Assembly (NCBI GenBank): GCA_041178425.1
Contig: JBEGVH010000030.1
Span: 64,001-128,000 of the forward strand
From: Pseudomonadota bacterium
GTDB taxonomy: Bacteria; Bdellovibrionota; Bdellovibrionia; Bdellovibrionales; Bdellovibrionaceae
Length of the DNA stretch: 64,000 nucleotides
Reading direction: 5' to 3'
The notes under the pieces are model-generated. The model saw nothing but the letters and a program-made list of their open reading frames with translations, had not been told where the DNA came from and made no database searches. Numbering within the stretch: position 1 is the first letter of the stretch; the number at the start of each line of letters is the position of its first letter. Made by a program: the position numbers and the translations under genes. Positions 10,274 through 20,185 of the stretch are shown here, one piece after another.

Positions 10274-10791
10274 TAATTCACCCCATTACTAAAATAACCA
10301 TGCTTTATAACCTGATCACAAACCTCACGAGCAGCCCCAAGGCCTCCGGGCCTCTCCGTAATGAAATCTACGATGGCCTTCACTTCAGCGACTGCTTCAG
10401 GCACGGTGGCCGAAAAACCTACTTCTTTTAAAAGTGGAATATCGTAGATATCGTCGCCTATATAAGCCATCTCGGAGGGATTTATCTGAGACTCTTTTTG
10501 TAGCTGAACAAAGGCCGGTTCTTTGTCTAAAAAGCCTTCATAGAAATAGGTTATTCCTAAGGATTTCGCTCTCGCTGCGATGTCTTTAGATTTTGAACCC
10601 GTGATGATCGCCGTTTGATAGCCGAGCTTTTGCATCTCTTTAATGCCCACACCATCTCTAATAGAGAAGAAGCGCTTCCACTCCCCATCGGAATCTAAAA
10701 AAATACGTGAATCTGTTAATACGCCATCAACATCAAAAATAAGTAATTTAATTTTGTTTAGTTTTCGAATATGTTCCATTCCGATTTTCAT
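10273..10791 (-). CDS. kdsC: 3-deoxy-D-manno-octulosonate 8-phosphate phosphatase (HAD family)
   Basis: FDVDGVLTD, F.IRDG.G, YIGDD..D and GG.GAARE motifs. Confidence 0.92.
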   Translation of the reverse strand: MKIGMEHIRKLNKIKLLIFDVDGVLTDSRIFLDSDGEWKRFFSIRDGVGIKEMQKLGYQTAIITGSKSKDIAARAKSLGITYFYEGFLDKEPAFVQLQKESQINPSEMAYIGDDIYDIPLLKEVGFSATVPEAVAEVKAIVDFITERPGGLGAAREVCDQVIKHGYFSNGVN

Positions 10792-10923
10792 TCTATCGAA
10801 AGCCCCTCCTTTAACAACTCAGGGCTTAGATAGAGGACGGAAACTCGACCTAGGACTCGCCTAGAAGATTGAGTTTTTTTAACTCCCCTCTCGCTCACTT
10901 GTTAAATTTGCATAAAAAATAAA

Positions 10924-11070
10924 CACGGCAGTGCGTCTCCCTAGACCTGCGTCCCCGAATCGCGCCGTCATCACGAGAACAGGTATTGGCCCGACTAAAG
11001 TCTGGCAACGTATTGATATGACGGTTAAATTTCTCTAGGGCGCGACGGGAATCAAAATTGGAGTGCCGTG
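10924..11070. other. Nested inverted-repeat element (candidate structured ncRNA or leader)
   Basis: CACGGCA 10924-30/TGCCGTG 11064-70; CCCTAGA 10939-45/TCTAGGG 11034-40; CCGTCAT 10965-71/ATGACGG 11018-24; apical GCC-C-GAC-TAAA-GTC-T-GGC. Confidence 0.45.
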
Positions 11071-11189
11071 GGATATGAGAAATTTCTACCTTCATATTAA
11101 AATTCAATTGCTCAAAGCTCTGACATTCGGCAAACCCTGGCCCTGAAGGTTCTACAACCAATTAACAATTTTAAGCATTAGGGGGTCTT

Positions 11190-11612
11190 ATGCTAAAGAA
11201 CATACTTTTAGGCACAGTACTTTCATTGGCTTGTTTGTCTGCATTTGCAGGAACTGATGAATTAGATCAGGACAAAGCAAATCAAACAATTCAAGGAACA
11301 GTTGTTTTGAGAGTTGATCAGCGCAATGGTGAAATGTCGATGGCGTCTGTTGACGAAGTCGTTTCTTCAGAAACTGCTGCTCAAGGTCTTATCAACGAAA
11401 AATTCACAGCAGTTCCACAAGAGAAAGTTCGTGGCGAACTTGACCGTGAAGCTGGCGCATCTAGCTGGTACTGGTACTACCCAGGCTACTCTTATGGGTA
11501 CGGTTACAACTACGGTTACTACTACTACGGTAACTGCTACAACCCTTGGTATTCTTACGGATACGGTTACTACAACTATTACTACTACAACCGCTACAGC
11601 TGGTGGTGGTAA
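11190..11612 (+). CDS. Secreted protein with acidic pro-like region and Tyr/Trp-rich C-terminal 48 aa (function unknown; putative precursor)
   Basis: GGGGG RBS; Sec signal ending AFA; last 48 aa contain 23 Tyr and 6 Trp. Confidence 0.85.
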   Translation: MLKNILLGTVLSLACLSAFAGTDELDQDKANQTIQGTVVLRVDQRNGEMSMASVDEVVSSETAAQGLINEKFTAVPQEKVRGELDREAGASSWYWYYPGYSYGYGYNYGYYYYGNCYNPWYSYGYGYYNYYYYNRYSWWW

Positions 11613-11718
11613 GATCTAGAGCTGATCGCCTGGCAACAGGCATCAGCAAGGTTTTGGTACTCGTTAATCACTCGGCACATCTGACAAAATCAGTGCTGCC
11701 GAGTCTAATTCTAGATCT
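11612..11718 (+). promoter_or_regulatory. Intergenic three-helix RNA structure between the precursor and protease genes
   Basis: Outer 9-bp AGATCTAGA/TCTAGATCT; hairpin GCTGAT-c-GCCTG-GCAA-CAGGC-ATCAGC (11621-47); hairpin ACTCGGCA...TGCCGAGT (11670-11704). Confidence 0.55.
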
Positions 11719-11796
11719 ATCTTCACTGTTTTTATCATCTTGGCTGACATCTTTGTTTTTAATGTGGGTTCTCTAAAGCCTGAGGAGAATGAGTTT

Positions 11797-13380
11797 ATGA
11801 TGATGAAACAATTTTTTTACATGATTGTGGCTCTTTTGATCACCAGTATCACTCAGGCCATCACGATTAAAAATCTGCCCGAAATTCAAAAAGCACTTAA
11901 TGTAAAGGCTTGGCAATCAAAGCCTTTAAAAAAGAAAATCAAAGTGGCCGTTCTTGATAAAGGATTTTACGGCTACGAAAAAGAACTCGGCAAAGGAATT
12001 CCCAAAGACACTCAATATATTCCCGGCCCTGTCGAAGCTCCCAAAGATTCAAAAGTTGAACATGGCTTGGTCATGGCTCAATTAGTGACTTCGATGATGA
12101 AAACTCCCGAACTTTATCTCTATAACGTTTATGGATATTCTAACCTCAAGGCGGCGATCGAAGATTTGACTGCCAAAGATATCGACCTTGTACTCTATTC
12201 AGAAGTTTGGGAATTCGGTGGTAACCGCGACGGCAAAGGTTTTATCAATGCTCTGGTGGACAAAGCCGTCGACAAAGGCGTGACATGGATCAATGCCGCT
12301 GGCAACTTTGGACTCACTTCTTATGTTGCTAAAATTGAGTCCGACGATGACGATTGGGTTAAACTTCCTGATCAGAACCAAAGCTTAAAAATTCAATGTA
12401 ATAAAAAAGATGATGAAAAATGCCAACTCAGAGCTGTTCTGAGCTGGAACGACTTTAAAGATGACCCCGAGGTTGGCTCTGACAAAGACTTGGATTTTGC
12501 CCTTACCGATGACCTTCTCAATGTTTTGGAGTCGAGCTCTCTAAAACAAACCAGCGACAAAGAAGAGAAAAAAGCCGGTTACTCCAGCTACCCAAGAGAA
12601 ACCATCATAAAAGAGATTGGCAAGGGAACTTATTTTCTTAGGGTGAAAAACCGTTCTGGTAACTTCGACTCCGACGATGAACTCATGATCACTGTCGATG
12701 GCGATGGTCTTTCAATGCCTAGCCACTCGCGTGGAAAATCGGTTCTGAACCCTGCCGATAACTCTGGAGTCATTACCGTGGGTGCTCTCGACTCTGACCG
12801 CTCATCTTTCAATGATAAACTCAAAAAACCCGACCTCTTAGCGATGTCGTCGGTAAAAACATCTGTTGGCGAATTCCGCGGGAGCTCCAATTCAGCAGCC
12901 CTCGTGGCCGGTGCTATTGGCCTTGTTAAATCAAGAGCTCCTCAAAAAGATTTCGAAGGCATCATCGAAGAGGCCAAACTCAATGGCTGGGCTGATCACA
13001 AGCGTGGCCTTCCCATTAATTGGCTTGGATTTAATTCTCCTCGTGGAAACTGTTTTGTAGCAGACAAAATAAAAGAAGAACTCCCATCGCAAATTAATGA
13101 CGTTATTAATGTTGGGGGAATCTTTGTGCAAACAACGGCTGGTAGCCGTTTAATGACGCCTTATGATCCGATTCACCTCGACGAATCAATTCAGAGAATT
13201 CAGCCTAATGATTTTATACTGACGACCCCCGAAGGTTATAAACTAGCCGAGCGTTATTCGCCCTATATACCGAACGGTTGGGTCGAGGTTTTTCAAACCC
13301 CCCAAGGAATGAGCCTGTGTGATTTACCCATGCAACCTCTAGGAAAAATCTTTCGACTCAAGTCACCCACTAAAGACTAA
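11797..13380 (+). CDS. Secreted S8 subtilisin-like serine peptidase (start reassigned to ATG 11797)
   Basis: GAGGAG RBS; signal peptide; triad motifs VAVLDKG, EHG and FRGSSNSA; oxyanion NAAGN. Confidence 0.85.
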   Translation: MMMKQFFYMIVALLITSITQAITIKNLPEIQKALNVKAWQSKPLKKKIKVAVLDKGFYGYEKELGKGIPKDTQYIPGPVEAPKDSKVEHGLVMAQLVTSMMKTPELYLYNVYGYSNLKAAIEDLTAKDIDLVLYSEVWEFGGNRDGKGFINALVDKAVDKGVTWINAAGNFGLTSYVAKIESDDDDWVKLPDQNQSLKIQCNKKDDEKCQLRAVLSWNDFKDDPEVGSDKDLDFALTDDLLNVLESSSLKQTSDKEEKKAGYSSYPRETIIKEIGKGTYFLRVKNRSGNFDSDDELMITVDGDGLSMPSHSRGKSVLNPADNSGVITVGALDSDRSSFNDKLKKPDLLAMSSVKTSVGEFRGSSNSAALVAGAIGLVKSRAPQKDFEGIIEEAKLNGWADHKRGLPINWLGFNSPRGNCFVADKIKEELPSQINDVINVGGIFVQTTAGSRLMTPYDPIHLDESIQRIQPNDFILTTPEGYKLAERYSPYIPNGWVEVFQTPQGMSLCDLPMQPLGKIFRLKSPTKD

Positions 13381-13384
13381 ACGC

Positions 13385-13416
13385 AAAAAGGCGTTCCCCT
13401 AGAGAACGCCTTTTTT
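13385..13416. terminator. Bidirectional intrinsic terminator between the convergent S8 peptidase and kdsD
   Basis: AAAAAGGCGTTC-CCCTAGA-GAACGCCTTTTTT. Confidence 0.85.
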
Positions 13417-13473
13417 ATTTGTGGGCCTATTTCATTGAACGAACGATAGCCATTCCGTTTTACAGGTTTTGAT

Positions 13474-14448
13474 TTATCTGACTTTATTTTTTAGCAAATC
13501 CTGAAGATGAATGAGTCCTACGGGCTGCCGAGGATTTCCTGATTGGGCATCAACAACAAAGAGCATCTGAATACGAAACTCTTCCATAATGAACAATGCT
13601 TTTTCGGCCATTTCTTCTGCATCAATCGTTTTTGGATTGAGGGTCATGATATCCCTGGCAACACCCTCAAGTGGATTTTGAGATCTTTCTAGCCGCCGAC
13701 GTAAATCACCATCAGTAATAACACCCACGAGCTCTGCGCTCTCATTAGTGACACCTGCGGTTCCGCGGACCTCTTTGGCTGTCATCACTGACACCACCTG
13801 AAGCATTGGAGTCTCTAACTTAACCACTGGCAAAGAATCTCCAGCGTGCATCACATCGCGAACTCTTAAAAGCTTTCGCCCGAGAGATCCACCAGGATGG
13901 TATTCAGCAAAGTCTTCAGACTTGAAACCACGCTTTAACAGCACCGCCATGGCCAAGGCATCACTCATTGCTAAGGCTGCCGTGGTGCTGGCTGTCGGCG
14001 CTAGATTTAATGGACAGGCCTCTGTGCTAATCGAACAATCGAGAATGATTTGTGAAGATCGGCCCAACCGACTCTCATGAGAACCGGTAAAGGCAATCAC
14101 CTTGAGGCCTTTTCTAGCTGCATAATTTAATATGGCATTGAGTTCGTCTGCTTCACCACGATAACTGAAAACAACTATCACATCATCCGAACTAACAAGA
14201 CCTAGATCGCCGTGACTGCTCTCAGCAGGGTGGAGAAACACGGAGGGAGTTCCCGTGCTAGAAAAAGTGCTCGCTAGTTTGCGAGCGATAATTCCGCTCT
14301 TTCCGATGCCAGTGGTAACGACTTTACCCTGACAGCCAAAAATGACCTCGACGGCTTCTAAAAATTTATCATCAATACGAGGCCCAAGGGCAGCCACGGC
14401 CTGAGCTTCGATCGCCAAGACCTTTCTGGCTTCTTCTTTTAAATTCAT
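13474..14448 (-). CDS. kdsD: Arabinose 5-phosphate isomerase KdsD (KpsF/GutQ family; SIS plus 2 CBS domains)
   Basis: GIGKSG, HPAESSHGDLG, LAPTASTT and HPGGSLG motifs; CBS pair; start at ATG 14448 just after the pyrG stop. Confidence 0.92.
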   Translation of the reverse strand: MNLKEEARKVLAIEAQAVAALGPRIDDKFLEAVEVIFGCQGKVVTTGIGKSGIIARKLASTFSSTGTPSVFLHPAESSHGDLGLVSSDDVIVVFSYRGEADELNAILNYAARKGLKVIAFTGSHESRLGRSSQIILDCSISTEACPLNLAPTASTTAALAMSDALAMAVLLKRGFKSEDFAEYHPGGSLGRKLLRVRDVMHAGDSLPVVKLETPMLQVVSVMTAKEVRGTAGVTNESAELVGVITDGDLRRRLERSQNPLEGVARDIMTLNPKTIDAEEMAEKALFIMEEFRIQMLFVVDAQSGNPRQPVGLIHLQDLLKNKVR

Positions 14449-14449
14449 C

Positions 14450-16246
<1,797 letters not shown>

Positions 16247-16975
16247 TTAACCTCTCAGAAATGGTTCCACCTTCAAAACATCTTCGGGTGTGTCCACGCC
16301 AATACAATTATAATTTACTTTAATGGTTTGGATCTTAGCGCCTAACCAAAGAGCACGCAATTGTTCTAAGCTCTCTGCTCGCTCTAAAAGTGCTGGTGCC
16401 GTCTCGCAAAAAAGTTTCAGAAAGCTTTTTTTGTAGACATAAAGCCCAAGATGTTGCCAACAAGCTTCAATTTTGCTCTCAGGAGCCATGCGCGTGTAGG
16501 GTATGGGAAGTCGACTAAAATAAAGGGCCTCATCTTTACGATTGACCACTGCCTTGACAATATTGGGGTTGGTAAGATCTTCCATTGCCAGAGGCTTCAC
16601 TAGAGTGGCCATCTCAGCGTCTGATTTCCAAAACCCATTCACCAAATCATCGATAATTTCCCCTTTTAAAAGGGGCTCATCACCCTGAATATTAACAACA
16701 GCTTCGCCGTCTACATTTTGACTAGCCGCCCAAACGCGATCCGACCCAGAAGGCAAATCGGGGGATGTCATTACAACATCGACGCCTAATTTTTTTGCCA
16801 AGGCCGCGATCCCTTCGTGATCGGTGGCCACAACTAAGTCTGTCAGTGTTTTTGCTTGCTTTGCCCCTCGGATAACCCACTCGAGAAGAGGGCGCCCTGC
16901 GATAGTATGAAGAGGTTTTCCTGGAAAGCGCGTAGACGCAAACCGAGCAGGAATGACGCCAATAACCTTTTTCAT
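16247..16975 (-). CDS. kdsB: CMP-Kdo synthetase
   Basis: IPARFASTRFPGKPL, NIQGDEP, LEQLRAL and GVDTPED. Confidence 0.96.
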   Translation of the reverse strand: MKKVIGVIPARFASTRFPGKPLHTIAGRPLLEWVIRGAKQAKTLTDLVVATDHEGIAALAKKLGVDVVMTSPDLPSGSDRVWAASQNVDGEAVVNIQGDEPLLKGEIIDDLVNGFWKSDAEMATLVKPLAMEDLTNPNIVKAVVNRKDEALYFSRLPIPYTRMAPESKIEACWQHLGLYVYKKSFLKLFCETAPALLERAESLEQLRALWLGAKIQTIKVNYNCIGVDTPEDVLKVEPFLRG

Positions 16976-17592
16976 ATTTTTTTTCGTTCCTCTAAGTAAG
17001 GTTGCACGTAGTTTCGATAAATGGCCTCATCGAGTTCACGAATACCCTTGCCGTTGGAAGCGGAAATTAAGAAGTAAGGGGTTCCCTGCAGACTTTTTTC
17101 GAGTGCCTTGAGGTGAGTGTGGCGCTCGCTTTGATTTACTTTATCAATTTTGTTAGCAACAACAACAAGAGGACGACCAATAAGGGCCGCATAACGCTTT
17201 AGCATTTCCTCGTCTTCACTCCATTTGCGACGAATATCCATAATTAACAAAAGACATACAACATCGGCCCTTATCGAAAAGTAACTTTCAACGATGGCTC
17301 GGTAGTCGTCCACTTCACTATGACCGCGTGAAGCATAACCGTAACCGGGCATATCAACGAGTCGATAGCCACCTAGATCATAAAAATTTAGCAATCGAGT
17401 CTTACCTGGAGCCTGACTCACATGAGCCAGTTGCAGCCCCGTCCAGGCATTAACAAGAGATGATTTACCGGCATTCGAACGCCCCGTAAGGGCGATCTCA
17501 GGAACCCCACCTTCGGGGAGATCTTTTGGGTAAAAGGCACTTTTCAGATATTTCGCATTTTTTAGGGCTTTATTCTTATTTTTTGAATCCAT
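16972..17592 (-). CDS. engB: Ribosome biogenesis GTPase YihA/EngB
   Basis: GRSNAGKSS (G1), PGKT, DMPGYGY (G3), NKID (G4). Confidence 0.93.
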   Translation of the reverse strand: MDSKNKNKALKNAKYLKSAFYPKDLPEGGVPEIALTGRSNAGKSSLVNAWTGLQLAHVSQAPGKTRLLNFYDLGGYRLVDMPGYGYASRGHSEVDDYRAIVESYFSIRADVVCLLLIMDIRRKWSEDEEMLKRYAALIGRPLVVVANKIDKVNQSERHTHLKALEKSLQGTPYFLISASNGKGIRELDEAIYRNYVQPYLEERKKI

Positions 17593-17668
17593 CTGTTTCT
17601 TTTCTCGGATTAGCGTCTCAAAAACAAGATTTTCCGATCAATTCGGCCAAAATTATTTGATTTCTGCA

Positions 17669-17685
17669 ACGGCACAGCCTTTGCC
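17669..17685 (+). promoter_or_regulatory. Sigma54 (-24/-12) promoter
   Basis: CGGCACAGCCTTTGC with GG 17671-72 and GC 17683-84 at exact N10 spacing, about 30 nt upstream of ATG 17714. Confidence 0.7.
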
Positions 17686-17713
17686 CTAGTGCCTGATACG
17701 CCAGGAGGATTTC

Positions 17714-19000
17714 ATGCAAGGTGTGAATTATTTTTTAAGAGCTAACAAAGTTGGGAACCAGCAGGTTCACGAACTATTCCTACCCGTGATCACCATCGGT
17801 TCAGCCCCTACTTCGAGCATTGTTTTAGACTCGGGAGCCGCTGATTTTCGCCACTGCCGTATTGAAAAAAGGGATTCAAATCAATTCACCATTCGCGATC
17901 TGCGCTCAAGTACTGGCACCTTTGTCAATGGAGCTAAAATAATGGAGGCCTTTCTTTACCATGGGGATATCATTAGGATAAACCAATCAACCTTTGAGTT
18001 TGTCGCAGATGAGTTACCTCTAGTATCAAACTCTAATCTAACCCTCAAAAGCAAAAACCAGAAATGGAACCAGAGTCTAACGACTGTGCCAAGTTTAGCC
18101 AAAACCAATTTACCCGTCTTGATCCTTGGCCCCTCGGGGTCAGGAAAAGAACTGATTGCCAGATCTGTTCATCAACACTCGTATCTTTCTAAAGGGCCCT
18201 TCGTGAGCGTCAACTGCAGTGCCCTCTCAGAAAATCTTGTTGAAAGCGAACTTTTTGGACACATTAGAGGGAGCTTCACCGGTGCTATCAATGATCGAAA
18301 AGGAGCTTTTGAGAGTGCTCGAGGAGGTACTCTATTTCTGGATGAGATCGGCGATCTCCCTTATAGTCTTCAAGCCAAACTCCTTCGGGCCATAGAAAAC
18401 AATGAAGTCAGGGCTGTTGGCTCCGATCAGATCATCAAAACCAATGTTCGCATCATCGCGGCTACTCACCAAAATGTTCAGCAAAAAATAATTGAACGAA
18501 CCTTTCGCGCGGATCTGTTCTATCGACTCAATGTCATCACTATCAATGTGCCTTCTCTGTTGGATCGAATGGAAGATTTCGAGGAGATCTTTTATCAACT
18601 TTGTAAAGAGGCACGAGTAAGATTTAGCATTTCGGCCCTTGAGTTCTTAAAAAGACAACCTTGGCCAGGAAATATTCGTGAATTGAAGAACGTTATTTCG
18701 CGGGCCTCTGCCATTTACCCAAGTACAACCATCCAACAAGAAATGCTGTTTGGCCTTGTTGATAGCTCACCCTACGATGCAGGAAACCAAAAAACGATCA
18801 CTCAACAAATAAAAACAAAATCGAATTTGGTTAAAGAGATGGAGCGACAAATGATTCTGAGTCGGTTGATCGCCAACCATGGAAATCAGAGGCAGACGGC
18901 GATTGACCTAGGGATCCCCAAAAGCACTCTTTATGATCGAATAAAAAGCTATAAGATTGATATTGGCAAAGTGATAAGCGAAAACACTACGGCTTTATAA
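17714..19000 (+). CDS. Sigma54-dependent enhancer-binding protein (FHA + AAA+ + Fis-type HTH)
   Basis: AGGAGG RBS; FHA-like N-terminus; Walker [38 protein letters not shown]-terminal HTH. Confidence 0.93.
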   Translation: MQGVNYFLRANKVGNQQVHELFLPVITIGSAPTSSIVLDSGAADFRHCRIEKRDSNQFTIRDLRSSTGTFVNGAKIMEAFLYHGDIIRINQSTFEFVADELPLVSNSNLTLKSKNQKWNQSLTTVPSLAKTNLPVLILGPSGSGKELIARSVHQHSYLSKGPFVSVNCSALSENLVESELFGHIRGSFTGAINDRKGAFESARGGTLFLDEIGDLPYSLQAKLLRAIENNEVRAVGSDQIIKTNVRIIAATHQNVQQKIIERTFRADLFYRLNVITINVPSLLDRMEDFEEIFYQLCKEARVRFSISALEFLKRQPWPGNIRELKNVISRASAIYPSTTIQQEMLFGLVDSSPYDAGNQKTITQQIKTKSNLVKEMERQMILSRLIANHGNQRQTAIDLGIPKSTLYDRIKSYKIDIGKVISENTTAL

Positions 19001-19973
19001 AAAAGTTTCTAATTCCTATACGGTTAACGACCCCCTCATTGAGTTTCGCATTGAGGGCGGTCTTGATGTCGTTCTTCAAATCCGCCATCCCATCCGCTGT
19101 ATCTAGTTCGTCGTAACGATGATCTTCGATCACTCTCTGAACCAAATCAATGAGTTCGCTCTCGCGCATCTTTATCTCAACCACGACATCACCAGAGTTC
19201 CCCTCGATAATAAATTCGAAGAAACCCATTGGATTCTCGCGGTCTCGATTTTTTCTTTTTAGATTAGCTACGATCGGCTGCATCTGAAACGAATAGGCTT
19301 TTAAGCGAGGAGAATGGTAAAAAGGCTCTACGTGATCACCATCTTCGTACTTTGCCGCCCACTCTCCCAACTGATCCATCGATCCATAGAAATAAAAGGT
19401 ATCTCGGTGAAGAACCTTATTTTTAACGATCATCAAATAAAAATAAGAAATCACAGACAATAACGTCATCGAGACAACAAACGCGATTTTTCTTTTTTTC
19501 GACCACAGCTTGAATACACCCACTAGGTGCTTAATGAAAGCTACAATTTTTTTAACGACTTTAGATATGGCCTTGGGGGTCTCTGTAAAAAACCAAATGA
19601 GGAGATACTTAAAATGAATTAAGCCAAATCCCAATCCGTAGGTAAAAGCGCCAAGCCATCGCTTAGGGTAGTACCTGATTTTTTCTTTAAATTTTGTCGG
19701 TTTTTCTACGGTGTGAACATTGAGATCTAAGGGTGAAATCTCAATTTTTAGCTCGGCGAAATCGGCCTTTGATTCTTCGAGATGCTTAATAAGTTCAGCA
19801 TTTTTTTTGTCAAAAATTGCTTCGATGTCCTTACTTGAAACATCCTTGATGCTCTCTAAAAACGATTCGTCGGGTGGAGGCAACTCCACCTTTTCGACGG
19901 GTTCATGGTCACTTGCATGAACGGGCTCATGCTCATGATTGGTTTTCTGTTCTTCTTTTCCAGCCTCTGCCAA
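18987..19973 (-). CDS. FliL-like membrane protein with long N-terminal extension
   Basis: TM helix followed by FliL-like C-terminus (PIVANL...[28 protein letters not shown]...FFIKP). Confidence 0.65.
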   Translation of the reverse strand: MAEAGKEEQKTNHEHEPVHASDHEPVEKVELPPPDESFLESIKDVSSKDIEAIFDKKNAELIKHLEESKADFAELKIEISPLDLNVHTVEKPTKFKEKIRYYPKRWLGAFTYGLGFGLIHFKYLLIWFFTETPKAISKVVKKIVAFIKHLVGVFKLWSKKRKIAFVVSMTLLSVISYFYLMIVKNKVLHRDTFYFYGSMDQLGEWAAKYEDGDHVEPFYHSPRLKAYSFQMQPIVANLKRKNRDRENPMGFFEFIIEGNSGDVVVEIKMRESELIDLVQRVIEDHRYDELDTADGMADLKNDIKTALNAKLNEGVVNRIGIRNFFIKP

Positions 19974-20109
19974 AAAAATCTCCCACTTTCAATAGTTTGG
20001 GTCTGTTCTGGGTGGGTGTCAAATGACGCCTTCAGAGCTACTTTTAGATGCGACATAGGTCCTCACTGGTCTTTAGCATAATGGTCTTTTGTCAGATACC
20101 AAGAAACTC

Positions 20110-20136
20110 TACAGATTTTTAAAAAAAGTCCGATAA
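20110..20136 (+). promoter_or_regulatory. Putative sigma28 (FliA) promoter
   Basis: TACA-N15-TCCGATAA versus consensus TAAA-N15-GCCGATAA, 50 nt upstream of the lipoprotein ATG. Confidence 0.5.
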
Positions 20137-20185
20137 AAGACTGAAGCCTCCTCGCTCTCGAGGACAAATAAAAGGAGTTTAGCGT

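Noticed and set aside
11003..11017. TGGCAACGTATTGAT as a sigma54 promoter for the Tyr-rich gene
   Set aside because: There is no GC at the required N10 spacing.
10942..11052. Cobalamin riboswitch fragments (AGACCTGC, GGGAA)
   Set aside because: The motifs are in the wrong order, the core elements are missing, and the neighbouring genes are unrelated to B12.
10895..11161. 88-aa minus-strand ORF in the divergent intergenic region
   Set aside because: No recognisable motif or convincing RBS; it overlaps the inverted-repeat element and likely promoters.
11466..11612. TAC/AAC-rich repetitive DNA as a DGR variable or template repeat, microsatellite or CRISPR
   Set aside because: It is explained by Tyr/Asn/Gly codons in frame. 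I saw no reverse transcriptase, no second adenine-variant copy and no repeat-spacer periodicity.
11612..11718. SAM-I or SAM-I/IV riboswitch (AUCUAGAG...CAGCAA...AGAU fragments), or hammerhead (CUGAU)
   Set aside because: The GCAACC/GGUGC helix cannot form (it reads GCAAGG...GGUAC), the hammerhead CUGAUGA/GAAA core is absent, and the downstream gene is a protease.
11314..11776. Alternative-frame ORFs (Thr-rich 11314-11619, 11461-11649, 11546-11776)
   Set aside because: These are frame shadows of the TAC repeats. The 11190 frame has the RBS and signal peptide.
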